64,000 nt of DNA from a virus (IMGVR_UViG_3300028914_000074:6088-70087); one strand, 5' to 3'. Counted from the stretch's first letter, positions 20,239 to 30,813 are shown. The notes: generated from the letters alone by a model not told the origin. A program made the numbers and translations.

Positions 20239-20306
20239 ATTATTTTTCCTTCCCCTGAATAGAATTTTAAGGGAAGGGCAGCCCGAAAGCCGCCCTCTCC
20301 GTTTTA

Positions 20307-20624
20307 CTACTGTTTTCTTAAAAATTCTTCAATGATGTCAGCCTTCAGCGTTTTGGTGATTTCGATTCCCATATCCTCTGCAAACTGCTCAATCTGTGCG
20401 ATTGTCATTGAATTTAATTGTTTGGCGGTATAAGGTTCAAAAGGAACCTCTTCGTCATATTCTTCGATAACAGGACGCTTTTGTTTGTTATTACCGCCAA
20501 GCAACTCTTGAATTCTTTCTTCTGACACGACAAGACCATCTCTGGGATATTCGCTACCAGTTTTATACAGATGGTTATTATCTTGCAAGTCGTTAAAGTT
20601 CATTATTGCCCTGTATCTTTTCAT
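20307..20624 (-). CDS. virion accessory protein with Rho-N/HeH-like C-terminus
   Basis: LNSMTIAQIEQFAEDMGIEITKTLKADII. Confidence 0.6.
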   Translation of the reverse strand: MKRYRAIMNFNDLQDNNHLYKTGSEYPRDGLVVSEERIQELLGGNNKQKRPVIEEYDEEVPFEPYTAKQLNSMTIAQIEQFAEDMGIEITKTLKADIIEEFLRKQ

Positions 20625-20627
20625 ACC

Positions 20628-21359
20628 TTACGCCCCCGCCGTTACAGTTACCGCGCAAGTATCGGTATAATCGTCACCATCAACGGTAATCGTTGCGGTA
20701 ATTGTTGCGTTTCCAGCCGCCTTTGCCGTAATAACGCCAGCAGATACAGTAGCAATAGAAGTATCGTCAGAAGTCCAAGTAACCTCCTCATCCGCCGGAG
20801 TAGTTTGTGCGATAATCGTTGCAATATCATTTACGTTAAGAGCCAAGTTAGACTTGTTCAAAACGATATCAGGCGTAATGGAACCAGCAGATACGGTAAA
20901 CGTACCATCTCCGTTGTCGATAACGTTAAGATCGTCCGTAACCTTAACAGCCGCCGTATTGGGAATAACAGTTGCGGTCATCTCAAGAATTTCGTCTACG
21001 CCGCCAACATCGTTAGGAGTAGCGGTAACTTGACCGACATACGCATACTTTGCAACCTCTCCAATTCCCTGAGTGCCATAAAGATGAATAATGTCAACCT
21101 TTGTTCCCGCAAGGCTATCAAGATTGTCAAGATACATCTTCTCAAGATTTCCAGTAATCTCGCGGCTATCTGCCGTCTTGATTCCTTGTTCAAACGTCTG
21201 CTGATCGTCCTCTAACGTTGTACTTTCTACGGTATTGGGCGCAGACACGGGAGAAGGGATTGACTTTGCCCTAACTAAAAGGCGATACGTTCCAACCCAG
21301 TTATTATCCGTAGTGTGCGGCTTAAAAATAACACGTGCCAAATAAGATGTAGATGCCAT
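20628..21359 (-). CDS. major tail protein with C-terminal Ig-like (Big_2) domain
   Basis: VESTTLEDDQQTFEQGIK; VTWTSDDTSIATVSAGVITAKAAGNATIT. Confidence 0.85.
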   Translation of the reverse strand: MASTSYLARVIFKPHTTDNNWVGTYRLLVRAKSIPSPVSAPNTVESTTLEDDQQTFEQGIKTADSREITGNLEKMYLDNLDSLAGTKVDIIHLYGTQGIGEVAKYAYVGQVTATPNDVGGVDEILEMTATVIPNTAAVKVTDDLNVIDNGDGTFTVSAGSITPDIVLNKSNLALNVNDIATIIAQTTPADEEVTWTSDDTSIATVSAGVITAKAAGNATITATITVDGDDYTDTCAVTVTAGA

Positions 21360-21361
21360 TT

Positions 21362-21784
21362 TTATTCGTTCCTTTCTATGTCATTTTTTGTTACTAATTT
21401 CCTAAACCGGGCAATGCAATAAGAAATCTTATCGTTTGTTTGCGGATCAGGAAACATGGTTACGTTCCAACGCAAACTCTTCATAAAAGAGATTGCCGTA
21501 GTCATAATTTTGTTTGCTTCATCTTCTGATTTATTGGAAAATACCTGGATTTCGATTGTAGCCAACACGGAATTGACTTCATCATTCTCTAGGTCTTGAC
21601 CTTGCTCAATAGGCGTTAGATTGTGCAAGTAAAGCGTAGGAAATTCTGACGGCGTTGTGCTTTCACTCTTTGTTGTGCAATTCAACTTAGGATATGGCGC
21701 ACTTAATTTATCTTTCATGACGTACTGTATGTATGTAAGTACCGTACTTTCAATTTGAGAAAACCAAGTGTTAGCCATTTCCAA
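21362..21784 (-). CDS. tail terminator/completion protein
   Basis: Position before major tail gene; TIEIQVFSNKS. Confidence 0.6.
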   Translation of the reverse strand: MEMANTWFSQIESTVLTYIQYVMKDKLSAPYPKLNCTTKSESTTPSEFPTLYLHNLTPIEQGQDLENDEVNSVLATIEIQVFSNKSEDEANKIMTTAISFMKSLRWNVTMFPDPQTNDKISYCIARFRKLVTKNDIERNE

Positions 21785-22322
21785 AAACCTCTCTTGCCAT
21801 CGCGTTTATTTCATAAATCATAGCCATAAGCGCGCTATACATCGGATGCGTAGGACGTTCGCCAATGCTATGGTGTGTTACGCCATTTTCGTCCGTCCAA
21901 CTCCATCCGTTAGGATCAAAAGCGTGTCTCTGCTCTGGGAAAGTGCCTTGTCCTACTTCTCCGTCAACAGACGGAAAATAGACTTTAGCTAACCATCCAG
22001 AACCAAATTCACTCATAAGCAATGGAGATACTTCCGCACTCACTAACTGACCGCCACGATACCATTGACTTATAATTTTCTTTGAATCGGCAGCAATCAA
22101 AAGACCTGTGCAACCAAATTCATTTGAATCTATTTCTTTATAAAAAAATATATATTGTCCATAAGCACCGCTATTGTCTTTTGCCGTGTTTATTCCAATA
22201 TCCAAAAGCTTAGATACAAACAACTCTGTTTTTGCAATAAGGTTTTTTTTGTACTGTTCAAGTTGCTCAATGGCTTTGTTTAGCGATCCTTTAGTTGTTA
22301 TGGATATGTTTATTCGCTTCAT
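21771..22322 (-). CDS. neck/tail completion protein (HK97 gp10-like position)
   Basis: Synteny; SEFGSG, HSIGERPTHPMY. Confidence 0.55.
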   Translation of the reverse strand: MKRINISITTKGSLNKAIEQLEQYKKNLIAKTELFVSKLLDIGINTAKDNSGAYGQYIFFYKEIDSNEFGCTGLLIAADSKKIISQWYRGGQLVSAEVSPLLMSEFGSGWLAKVYFPSVDGEVGQGTFPEQRHAFDPNGWSWTDENGVTHHSIGERPTHPMYSALMAMIYEINAMAREVFGNG

Positions 22323-22750
22323 TGAGTTTTAACGTTCTCCGTCAAAATACACTTCCAAAAATGCTTTCCTGCGTCCAAAACGCCAAGGACAACGTAATCT
22401 GCGCTTTCCACGTCAACAACACCTTCAACATAGTTAGGCTCCGTATTTTTCCATACCAAAGTTCCCGTCTTAAACGGAAATTCGTCTTTTCGATACGTCA
22501 TTTTTGCATTGCCTAATTTCTCACTTCCAAAAGCGCGCATTTCATCTTCTGTCAGTTCCCCAGAAATAGAATTAAAAAATTCCACGGGTTCACTATAAGT
22601 AATTATTGGTTCACCAGTTGTTCTGGGAACATATTCACCACCTATAATGTCATAAATGATATTTCCTTCATCGTCTCTGACATAGGTTTTTTGCTTGCCT
22701 TCATATAGTGAGTAAAACATACGTTGTCTAACTCTTCTTGCTGTTCTCAT
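22319..22750 (-). CDS. head closure protein
   Basis: Synteny in head-tail joining block. Confidence 0.55.
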   Translation of the reverse strand: MRTARRVRQRMFYSLYEGKQKTYVRDDEGNIIYDIIGGEYVPRTTGEPIITYSEPVEFFNSISGELTEDEMRAFGSEKLGNAKMTYRKDEFPFKTGTLVWKNTEPNYVEGVVDVESADYVVLGVLDAGKHFWKCILTENVKTQ

Positions 22751-23088
22751 GGTATCACCGCCAATGGAATAATCTGCGCAAACATTTTTTCTCTGTCAAC
22801 GTAATGAATGTTATTTCCGTCACCAGAATATGAAGTCTGTCCTTCTGCTCCTGATTGATTGTAGTCATACAAAGCAAGATTTCTGATGCTCGAATAATAT
22901 TTATTCAAATCATCTTCAATCATTTCATCCGTATAACTCTTAGGATATTTTCTTGCCGCCATAACTTCCATAACGGCATTGTTGACCTTAGAGGTTAAAA
23001 GCGGTAAATTAAACAAATCACCGTCAGTAACCATCAATTCAGTTGTTAAGTCGGTAATAATTTCCGCTTTTATCTCCGCAATCGTCAT
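22747..23088 (-). CDS. head-tail adaptor
   Basis: LALYDYNQSGAEGQTSYSGDG. Confidence 0.7.
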   Translation of the reverse strand: MTIAEIKAEIITDLTTELMVTDGDLFNLPLLTSKVNNAVMEVMAARKYPKSYTDEMIEDDLNKYYSSIRNLALYDYNQSGAEGQTSYSGDGNNIHYVDREKMFAQIIPLAVIP

Positions 23089-23089
23089 G

Positions 23090-23353
23090 TTATAACCCCA
23101 TCTTTTCAATCAAGATACTTTTTAACTCCGCGCCGGATATGTCATCGGCGTTTTCAATTCCTTGTTCAGTCGCAAGCTTTCTAATGTCTGCAACCTTCAT
23201 AGAGTTAATGTCCGTTTTTGTGTAAAACTTTTCGGGTTTCGACTCGATCTTAGGTTGATCCTTAGTTTTTTCACTCGCAATAGTTTTTTTGTTAGCAAGG
23301 ACGGTCTTTTGAACCGCCCTCACTCTGTTGTTGTGTCTTGTCATCATTCCCAT
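23090..23353 (-). CDS. small protein with Rho-N-like domain
   Basis: INSMKVADIRKLATEQGI...AELKSIL. Confidence 0.6.
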   Translation of the reverse strand: MGMMTRHNNRVRAVQKTVLANKKTIASEKTKDQPKIESKPEKFYTKTDINSMKVADIRKLATEQGIENADDISGAELKSILIEKMGL

Positions 23354-23356
23354 ATG

Positions 23357-23749
23357 CTACTCCGTTTCCAGCACAAGGTCTGCCAAGGAATACTCAGTTC
23401 TCTCTACTTGTTCAGGCGTTGTGATTTCAACGACAAACTTTTGCTCATTGTCTCTAATCTTAAATACGCCATTCTTGTCAGGATCGTTAATGATCTCAAC
23501 AAGACCAGTGCCAGCAGAAGGATCAAGACCAACCTTAACGCTTGTAGCTTTTGGATCAATATTGCTAAACTTCAATGCAAGAAAATTTCCATCTCCGGCT
23601 AAAGGCCCAGACTGTGCCAGACCACCTTCAATAAATTTCAAGGTTCCCGTAATGGCATTTTTAGTAACCACTACATCTTCTTGCATATCAGATACAGGCG
23701 TGCCGAATAGAACCGTGTCTCCGTCCTCGGCTTCTACGGTGACACTCAT
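23357..23749 (-). CDS. putative capsid-associated protein
   Basis: ATGA overlap with capsid stop codon; beta-rich and acidic. Confidence 0.5.
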   Translation of the reverse strand: MSVTVEAEDGDTVLFGTPVSDMQEDVVVTKNAITGTLKFIEGGLAQSGPLAGDGNFLALKFSNIDPKATSVKVGLDPSAGTGLVEIINDPDKNGVFKIRDNEQKFVVEITTPEQVERTEYSLADLVLETE

Positions 23750-24702
23750 GAGAAAGACAGTTTGATCAGCTTGCTTGTATCGTATACGTAAGGTGCAAAC
23801 AACTTACTACCGATAATGTAGTTAAGCTGTGCGATCTTGTCACGATCAAACTCTACAAGAGTATTTCTCTTCATGTAGATTGCAAGTGCATTAGGCTTTA
23901 CGATGAATGCCTGTGCGCCAACGGAAACCTTCTCATAGTAAGTTGCAATATCCTCTACGTCAGGATCTGCAACAACCGTATAAACGCCGTTTACAAGAAC
24001 ATAGTAGGTCTTTGCAACGTCGATAGAGGTATCTGTGGTCTTTTCATACTCATCATGAGCATTCAGACGATTTGCAGTAACTACCTGGCATCCATGAACC
24101 ATACCAATGGTTCCACGAATAATTGCCTGTGCGCCCATCTCGGTATTAGGAATCCAAGAGTTAGACTTGCGAAGTCTCGCGTAGAATGCAGGAGGAATAA
24201 CGATAACCTTTTCACCGTCAATATCCTCTCCAAACAGCGTAAGCGCATCTGCGATTTCGTCAGCAGGATCACCGCTTGCCGCAATGGTATCGGTAAGAGT
24301 TGCCTGATTTCTCATTGCTTGAAGAAGCTGATTCTCAACACCGCTGTTCATTGCGGTGAGAATCTGCGTTCCAGCTTCGCCGGAAACGTCACCAGCTGAG
24401 GAAAGAATTGCCTCATCTGTAATCTCTACGGCCTTACCAATCTTTGCAACCTTTACCTTCGTGGTGCTTGCGGAAAGTCTTGCAATGGGAATGTCCTGAC
24501 CCTCACCTACGAAAGTCGCGTCTCCAATATAGCTATAGGAAGGAAGCGTAATTTCGTCTCCGGGTCTGCCAACAAGGTCATTTCTAACCGTTGCCAGCGG
24601 AGAAAGCCTGATTGCGTTTACGAGTTTCTTGTCAATGAAATTTGCCAATACTTCGGGATCAACAAGATTGGCTAACATGGTGGTAACATCTGTAGCTGCC
24701 AT
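23746..24702 (-). CDS. major capsid protein (HK97 fold)
   Basis: LVDPEVLA, LVGRPGDEITLPSYSYIGDA, KIGKAVEITDEA; downstream of scaffold. Confidence 0.9.
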   Translation of the reverse strand: MAATDVTTMLANLVDPEVLANFIDKKLVNAIRLSPLATVRNDLVGRPGDEITLPSYSYIGDATFVGEGQDIPIARLSASTTKVKVAKIGKAVEITDEAILSSAGDVSGEAGTQILTAMNSGVENQLLQAMRNQATLTDTIAASGDPADEIADALTLFGEDIDGEKVIVIPPAFYARLRKSNSWIPNTEMGAQAIIRGTIGMVHGCQVVTANRLNAHDEYEKTTDTSIDVAKTYYVLVNGVYTVVADPDVEDIATYYEKVSVGAQAFIVKPNALAIYMKRNTLVEFDRDKIAQLNYIIGSKLFAPYVYDTSKLIKLSFS

Positions 24703-24733
24703 ATTTTTTCCTTTCTTCCTCTTTTTTGAGGAT

Positions 24734-25339
24734 TTACAATGCCATCAAGCGGTCATATTCCGCTGGATTTTCTCTTTTGAGTTTCGTCAATTCGACTGGA
24801 CTCATTGCATCAAACTGTTCTTTTGTGTAGGTCTTGCCAGAAGAACCTCCAATGTTTACGTTAGGAATTGTCTTGAAGATTTCTGCTTCATATTCCTTTT
24901 TCTTTCTTGCATCAACTTCCCGTTGGATTTTTACTTTCCCGTCAAAGTCATCGTCCACTTCTGCGATTGCCATTCTGGAAGCCTCATCTGCATTCCAACC
25001 CATAGCAAGATAGGTTTTTTCTACCTTGTTAATCTTGTTCTCGCGTACAATGGCATTCCATTCCTCTTGCCTTTTGGCTTCCGCTTCAGCTTTCTCCATT
25101 GAAGCTTTTTCTTGCTCGGAAAGGCTTGCTTGCCACTTCTTCTTATATTCAGCGGCTTCGCTGCTTGCCTTTTCCTGCGCCCTCTTTAGCTTTGCCATTT
25201 CAACCATAAGTTCCTGAACGGAAGGTTCCTTTTCTTTCTTCTCTTCCTTCTTTTCATCTTGTGGTTTTTCCACGGGCTTTTCGACGGGCTTTTCGACGGT
25301 TTGCTGTGTTCCATCTTTGATTTCTTCTGCCATATTCAA
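24734..25339 (-). CDS. capsid scaffolding protein
   Basis: Charged coiled-coil; C-terminal YTKEQFDAMSPVELTKLKRENPAEY. Confidence 0.75.
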   Translation of the reverse strand: MNMAEEIKDGTQQTVEKPVEKPVEKPQDEKKEEKKEKEPSVQELMVEMAKLKRAQEKASSEAAEYKKKWQASLSEQEKASMEKAEAEAKRQEEWNAIVRENKINKVEKTYLAMGWNADEASRMAIAEVDDDFDGKVKIQREVDARKKKEYEAEIFKTIPNVNIGGSSGKTYTKEQFDAMSPVELTKLKRENPAEYDRLMAL

Positions 25340-25437
25340 TTTCCTTTCTGCGTTTGATTATACTCACTTCCCTGTGAGTTATGTGCGTGTTTTAAGACTT
25401 TCCCTAGTCTATTTATGTAAAGCCTTTCGGCTAGTTA

Positions 25438-26076
25438 CTAAAGATATTCCAATGCACATCTGCATCCGGCAATTTCTTTTCCTTCACCTTCTGGATCGCC
25501 TGGATATAACAACGCGCTTCCACCAACAATGAAATAATCGTCTATTGGAATGGTTTTCCATTCCATTTCCCGGTGCGTTGCCCTAACTCTATTATCTTTT
25601 TGCGTTCTCCACCTTTTTAGCGTAAAACCATCCTCGATAGCTTCTTCTAATTCTTCATATCCAATAATCGAATTGCTTTCATTGGCACCGCCGATTGTTG
25701 CACGATCATCAGAAACAAAAAACGAAGCGTCATCTTTAGATAAATGTTCAATGGTTACGTCAAGATATTTTTGCGTAAATTCTTGTATGTAATTCTCCAT
25801 AAACAAATCAATCTTGACATAGTTTATAATGACGTTTCTAAATTCCATTCTAAAAGCACTTAAAGCAATGTCATAATTCCATGAATTGTTTTCTGCCATT
25901 GTATACATCAAAGCAAAAAGAAAAAGCATTGCCTCGCGTAATTGTTTAGCAATACTTTTCCTTTTTTCCTTTCTTTCATCTGAAATCGGCATTACTTCAT
26001 AAAATTCATCAAGCCATTTGTCCACGTCAGATATTTTGTTGTCATATGGAATCAGATTGTTTAATTCATCAATCAT
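25438..26076 (-). CDS. minor head protein (MuF family)
   Basis: KRWRTQKDNRVRATH, LLYPGDP, EIAGCRC. Confidence 0.85.
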   Translation of the reverse strand: MIDELNNLIPYDNKISDVDKWLDEFYEVMPISDERKEKRKSIAKQLREAMLFLFALMYTMAENNSWNYDIALSAFRMEFRNVIINYVKIDLFMENYIQEFTQKYLDVTIEHLSKDDASFFVSDDRATIGGANESNSIIGYEELEEAIEDGFTLKRWRTQKDNRVRATHREMEWKTIPIDDYFIVGGSALLYPGDPEGEGKEIAGCRCALEYL

Positions 26077-27619
26077 CTGTATTTGTTCCGTCTAAATTAG
26101 GAGAATTACCTACTTGATCGCTTTCATCTTGCATGGTTCTTTCAGAATTAGGTGCTTCTTCAGTTGTTTTGTTTGCAAACGCGCTTTCAAGATACTTTTC
26201 AATGTAAGGCATGGAATCAATAATCACTTGTTCGTCATCTTCAAACAAATTGATCGCCTTTATCATGTGACCAGGTTCTATTCCATGGCTTACGCCAGTA
26301 GCATAAGCGTTAATCTTAATGTTGAGTTCATAACTCTTTGTACGCTTAATGTTAGGCTTTACGTCAACGTATCTTAAATCAAGCAACGGACTATCGGATG
26401 GAACGTTTGTGTTCTTTTTGATTGCCATAAGCGCAACCTTGCACTCTTCCATCTTTGCGCTGCTTTGAAGTAATGCTTGTGAAGCCGCGACTTGTTCAGC
26501 CGCGCTCCATCCGCTTGCGTCTGCCATTGCAACACCCGTACTTCCGCCGGAATTGTCATTCCTTTGCGGAGTATAGCATCTTTGCAGAATAAGTAATCTT
26601 GCGGAAGTGTAGTTTTTCAAAAGTCCGTCATAATTATAGTTAGTTGCAAGCGGTTTGATAAACGGTGTTTTACCATCCCTTGATGTAAAGGTGCTTACCC
26701 AATCGTTAGAAACTGGTCTCTTAGGTACTTCTTTTTCCGTTCCGTCCTCTTGCTTTACAATTTCCGTGGGAAAATCAACGTCATTGGTATGCCAAATCAT
26801 CTGCGTTTCCTGGTCAATGTCATTGCCAATGTCTGAAAGCATAAGATTAAGTCTTTCCATTTCTGGAATTTCTCTTTCAAATACTCCCATTCTGTCCTCG
26901 GCTCTTTCCCACTCAATAATGGGAATCATGCCAAGTCGATTTACCACTCCATCTTTGTATGTGCTTCCCCATTCCGTTGTTAATTCGTTCCCGTTGATAA
27001 CCTTTTCAGCGGAAATCTCATATCTTCTGTACTTTGAAAATGCAGTAAAATACTGATTCCCTTTATTATCTTGACGGAATGTAACGCCAAGCATAACTCT
27101 GTGGTCTGAATATACGGACGATCTTACAACAAAAGCATATCTAGGGTCTAATGCTTCATATTGGAAATAACTGTCCCCATCTTCCCATTCCGTCTTAATG
27201 TCAATAAAAGTATAACCAATTCCGCAAATCTCAACAAAATGGCCTACTTTCTTTTGCTTTCTTCCAATGTTTTCTGCGGCATAACACTCATTAAAAAGTG
27301 CTATTGCCTTTGTCTCTTGTTCTAAATTTCCACCGTCAATAATTCCTCTTTGCACAAAATTTATTGGATTGCTCCAATGAAATCCTTCTTTGAACTCCGT
27401 AATCTCATGCGCAATGGGATCAACAGTTTTAACGTCAATATCGGTTCTTGTTTTCTTTTCTCTGCGTAATGGCATTATTCCAGCTTCGATTGCCAAAAGC
27501 TTATTACAATCTGAAGCATTGGCGGTGAAATCAGCCATTGCATTTCTGACAACCTCTATTATGTTTTCAGGCGTAATTTCCAACACGTCCGTCCAAATAA
27601 CTCTTCGTCCTGCTTGCAT
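26069..27619 (-). CDS. portal protein (SPP1 gp6-like)
   Basis: 516 aa; LDPRYAFVV, IPIIEWER, NSGGSTGVAM. Confidence 0.85.
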   Translation of the reverse strand: MQAGRRVIWTDVLEITPENIIEVVRNAMADFTANASDCNKLLAIEAGIMPLRREKKTRTDIDVKTVDPIAHEITEFKEGFHWSNPINFVQRGIIDGGNLEQETKAIALFNECYAAENIGRKQKKVGHFVEICGIGYTFIDIKTEWEDGDSYFQYEALDPRYAFVVRSSVYSDHRVMLGVTFRQDNKGNQYFTAFSKYRRYEISAEKVINGNELTTEWGSTYKDGVVNRLGMIPIIEWERAEDRMGVFEREIPEMERLNLMLSDIGNDIDQETQMIWHTNDVDFPTEIVKQEDGTEKEVPKRPVSNDWVSTFTSRDGKTPFIKPLATNYNYDGLLKNYTSARLLILQRCYTPQRNDNSGGSTGVAMADASGWSAAEQVAASQALLQSSAKMEECKVALMAIKKNTNVPSDSPLLDLRYVDVKPNIKRTKSYELNIKINAYATGVSHGIEPGHMIKAINLFEDDEQVIIDSMPYIEKYLESAFANKTTEEAPNSERTMQDESDQVGNSPNLDGTNTDD

Positions 27620-27750
27620 TTCACCGCTCCGTTTTTTTACATAGTAAAAGGGCGATACGCCTTGTACCGCCCCATATCAAGGAGAAAAACAACAAATAAC
27701 AATTTTACACTATCTCACAATACAATTATACATTCCCTATCGGTGAACTG

Positions 27751-28167
27751 TCAATACCTAATCTGCATTATTTTAGTAAATTCTTCCAACGCCCTTTTGT
27801 GTGCTTTCTTCACACCGCGATCAGTTATACCAACGTCTTGTGCTATGGCATGAATTGACTTTTTTTCAATATACCTTTTCCTTATTATGTCTTTGTGCTT
27901 TCCAGTAAGCATATTTGTTTTAGTTATAATTGTCCGACGTAAATCGGCGTACCTATCCTGTAAAGTGTCGCATTCTTCTTCCAACATGATAATTTTCGCC
28001 ACAATGTCTGCCATTTTATCTGCACTCATGGAAGTTTGAACGCGCTCTCCATCCATGCAACATGATGGATTGCTTGCCGTAATCCGCAACTGATATATTT
28101 GGTCTAATTTATCACTAAGCATTCTGTCAAGCGTTGATAATTGCTCAAGATATTGTTTAGCAGTCAT
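27751..28167 (-). CDS. RinA/ArpU-like late transcriptional activator
   Basis: MTAKQYLEQ...KRYIEKKSIHAIAQDVGITDRGVKKAHKRAL. Confidence 0.75.
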   Translation of the reverse strand: MTAKQYLEQLSTLDRMLSDKLDQIYQLRITASNPSCCMDGERVQTSMSADKMADIVAKIIMLEEECDTLQDRYADLRRTIITKTNMLTGKHKDIIRKRYIEKKSIHAIAQDVGITDRGVKKAHKRALEEFTKIMQIRY

Positions 28168-28180
28168 ATATTCTCCTTTC

Positions 28181-29926
28181 TTAAATAGGACTTGACATAA
28201 TCTTTGCTTTCGTCACTCCACTTCCATTTCTTTCAAATTCGACAAGCCCAGCTAATGAATCCGGCGCGCCATCTTGAAATCTTTTCCCATGCACCATTGT
28301 AAAAGAATAAAGATTTTGCATAAACATTCTGTATTGTTTGTCTTGCAATGAAGTATCTAGGAAATAAAGTTGTCTTATGTCTTGCGCATTATCCCAAATT
28401 CTCTGTTCCTTGCTTTTTGTTGTTCCAGCCCAACTTGAAGTTATGTTGCAAGGTTCCTTGTATTCTTTGTCTGATTTTATTTCGCTTTCAACTTCATCTT
28501 TATAGCCGTCTCCACCTTGATTGCTTTCAAAATGTGCGTTTCTTATTTTATGTTTTTTTATTTTTGATACTACTTGTGGCTTAGTTATATGCTTTTCGGA
28601 ATTATCATATACAACATCTACCACATATCCATCAATTTCACCTTCTTCATTCTCATAATAATATGCAATCGGCATTGATAAGCAATCTTCACCGCCAAGT
28701 GCTACGTCGCAATGTGAAATTACTTTTAACGGTTTTTTGTCTGGCAATTTTCTAAAATATTTCATTTGTTCTGGATTGAATACTGTTCCGTCACGATCAA
28801 TGGGTTTTTGTTGATATTGAGCGTTCCAACCAGCCATATCATTATTCATTTCAAATTTTGCCCTTGTCGTAATAAAATATTGGGACGAATATCCAACACC
28901 ATAATCGTATTGGAAATTGCTTTCATCATTTTCGTTAAGTGCCGGAACTCTTATAATATCATAACGCAATCCAGTATCATGTGTCTCTAAAAATTCAAGG
29001 TAATTTCCATACAAATCATTTGTAGCCCAAAGAGTTCCGAGACATATCAGTTTACAATTCTCTTTCTTTCTTGAAAGAACATTGTTATCAAAAATAGTCT
29101 GTTTCCTTTTCAAAACTTCTTTCGACAGTACGTCTTGCACACCTTCAAGCGGATCATCAATAACAAGCCATCCTGTCGCATCATATTCTCCATTAAGACC
29201 GCTTTCAAGACCTTTACCTGACAATGACTTGTATTTCTTTTTCCTGTTTAAGTCAAGTTTATTGTTTTTCGCATCCGTATCTACGATTTTAACCGATGGA
29301 AACACATTTGAAAATTTGTACGTTACTGAATCTTCGTATATTTCCTTAACGCCGTCAAGAAATGCACCACCCAACCCCTCTTTATACGTTACGTAAAGAT
29401 TGGATTTTTCCGTGTCTCTTGCGCAATGCCAAGAAACATCCATTGTAATGTCCCCGGATTTTCCCGTTCTGGGAGGTTGATGCAAAAATAATATGTCTAA
29501 TTCATCATCTTCAAGTCTTTGTATCGCATTTGAAATTTTAAGAAGCGTCCTTCGCCTAGGCTCATAGAATCTGTCTTGTCTGCGCCTGTCTTTTTCTATG
29601 TAAAGCTTATAACTGTCTACTTTAATAGGTGCCTCCAACAAAAGAAGTTCATAGAATTGGTTTATCATCTTCACTTCTTGCTTATTTTTCTGCGCCCATT
29701 CTTCAAGAAGCTTAAAATCACCGCCTTGTGTCGATTTATAAATTAGATCGTTTATAAGCTGCTTGCAACGCTCTGAAAGTATTAGTCCGTACTGAATATC
29801 TTTTTCATTCAAATAAGCCGTTTTTACGGCTTCTAAGTACGCATCAACGGCTTGTTCATCTATTCCATGTTGTCTTATGTAATTTTCGTAGCTTTCTACT
29901 GCCCTTTTAAGTTCCTGTGAAGCCAT
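28181..29926 (-). CDS. terL: terminase large subunit
   Basis: Walker A-like QPPRTGKS, Walker B LVIDDP, nuclease DVALGGED and QDGAPDSLAG. Confidence 0.9.
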   Translation of the reverse strand: MASQELKRAVESYENYIRQHGIDEQAVDAYLEAVKTAYLNEKDIQYGLILSERCKQLINDLIYKSTQGGDFKLLEEWAQKNKQEVKMINQFYELLLLEAPIKVDSYKLYIEKDRRRQDRFYEPRRRTLLKISNAIQRLEDDELDILFLHQPPRTGKSGDITMDVSWHCARDTEKSNLYVTYKEGLGGAFLDGVKEIYEDSVTYKFSNVFPSVKIVDTDAKNNKLDLNRKKKYKSLSGKGLESGLNGEYDATGWLVIDDPLEGVQDVLSKEVLKRKQTIFDNNVLSRKKENCKLICLGTLWATNDLYGNYLEFLETHDTGLRYDIIRVPALNENDESNFQYDYGVGYSSQYFITTRAKFEMNNDMAGWNAQYQQKPIDRDGTVFNPEQMKYFRKLPDKKPLKVISHCDVALGGEDCLSMPIAYYYENEEGEIDGYVVDVVYDNSEKHITKPQVVSKIKKHKIRNAHFESNQGGDGYKDEVESEIKSDKEYKEPCNITSSWAGTTKSKEQRIWDNAQDIRQLYFLDTSLQDKQYRMFMQNLYSFTMVHGKRFQDGAPDSLAGLVEFERNGSGVTKAKIMSSPI

Positions 29927-29930
29927 TTGT

Positions 29931-30335
29931 TCACCCCACGAAATAATCTAATGTCAAATTGTATTTTGCCATGATCAGCGATTTTGCCATCTGTTCCAAC
30001 AAAGAATGCTCCATTGTGTCCAAATATTTTCCTTCGTATGTTCCGCTATTCATAAGCCAATTATAACGGCAATGAAGCAACTCATGGACAAGAATTTTCT
30101 CCGCACAATACTTCATTACTCTTTCGCCATAAAACTCTTTTTTGAGTATTCGTATAATGCAACTTCTATTCACAAGATCAAATTCATTCTCTCCGCAACA
30201 ATTTTCTTCTAAAAATTCATCCGGAGAAACCATCTTTGCTTTAATGATCCAATCCGTCAAAAACAGTTTCTCTTGCCACCATTTCAAACATTCCTGTAGT
30301 TGTTCTTCGGTTTCAAATTCTTCAATCGGTTTCAT
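29931..30335 (-). CDS. HExxH metallopeptidase-like protein
   Basis: ILVHELLHC. Confidence 0.55.
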   Translation of the reverse strand: MKPIEEFETEEQLQECLKWWQEKLFLTDWIIKAKMVSPDEFLEENCCGENEFDLVNRSCIIRILKKEFYGERVMKYCAEKILVHELLHCRYNWLMNSGTYEGKYLDTMEHSLLEQMAKSLIMAKYNLTLDYFVG

Positions 30336-30422
30336 TTCCTATTATCCTATCCGCAATCTTTTTAGCTGTTTCTTCGTATTCCCAATTTTTCAATATAATC
30401 ATACTTTCACGCAATGCTGATT

Positions 30423-30722
30423 CTATGCTTGCAACAAGAGCATTATATATGAATAAATCTTTTTTATTGCGGTTTTCAAGACTTTACAAGCTTGGTGTAC
30501 AGTTGTTACGTCAAACCGAAAGTCACATCTGCCTTGCATTTCAATATCCGGCGCACCTATGGTTTCAATAGTAAAACAGGGTACTTCGTCTGTTGATACA
30601 TGGAAATAAAGAGAACGAACTCTAGGAATTGCTTTTCCATCTATTTCAACGATTGTTCCGTACGGTGTTATTTCTTCGTTTTTGTTTTTTACAGATACTT
30701 TAGCCATTTCATATTCCTCCAA
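30423..30722 (-). CDS. hypothetical protein
   Basis: ORF track; RBS GGAGG. Confidence 0.5.
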   Translation of the reverse strand: MEEYEMAKVSVKNKNEEITPYGTIVEIDGKAIPRVRSLYFHVSTDEVPCFTIETIGAPDIEMQGRCDFRFDVTTVHQACKVLKTAIKKIYSYIMLLLQA

Positions 30723-30750
30723 TGCGGTTAAACTTATAGCAAACTAGCTA

Positions 30751-30813
30751 TGCGGAGGATGCCGGAATTGAACCGACCAATTACTCACCGCCAACGCACC
30801 ACTTCGATCCCCC
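30751..30813 (-). ncRNA. tRNA-like minihelix (acceptor + T arm only)
   Basis: GGGGGAT/ATCCTCC 7-bp acceptor, GTCGG-TTCAATT-CCGGC T arm; only ~29 nt between them. Confidence 0.55.

Noticed and set aside
23740-23800. Frameshift extension of the major capsid protein into 23357..23749
   Set aside because: The -1 frame is open and the downstream ATG lacks a clear RBS, but there is no canonical slippery heptamer. The ATGA overlap is adequately explained by translational coupling.
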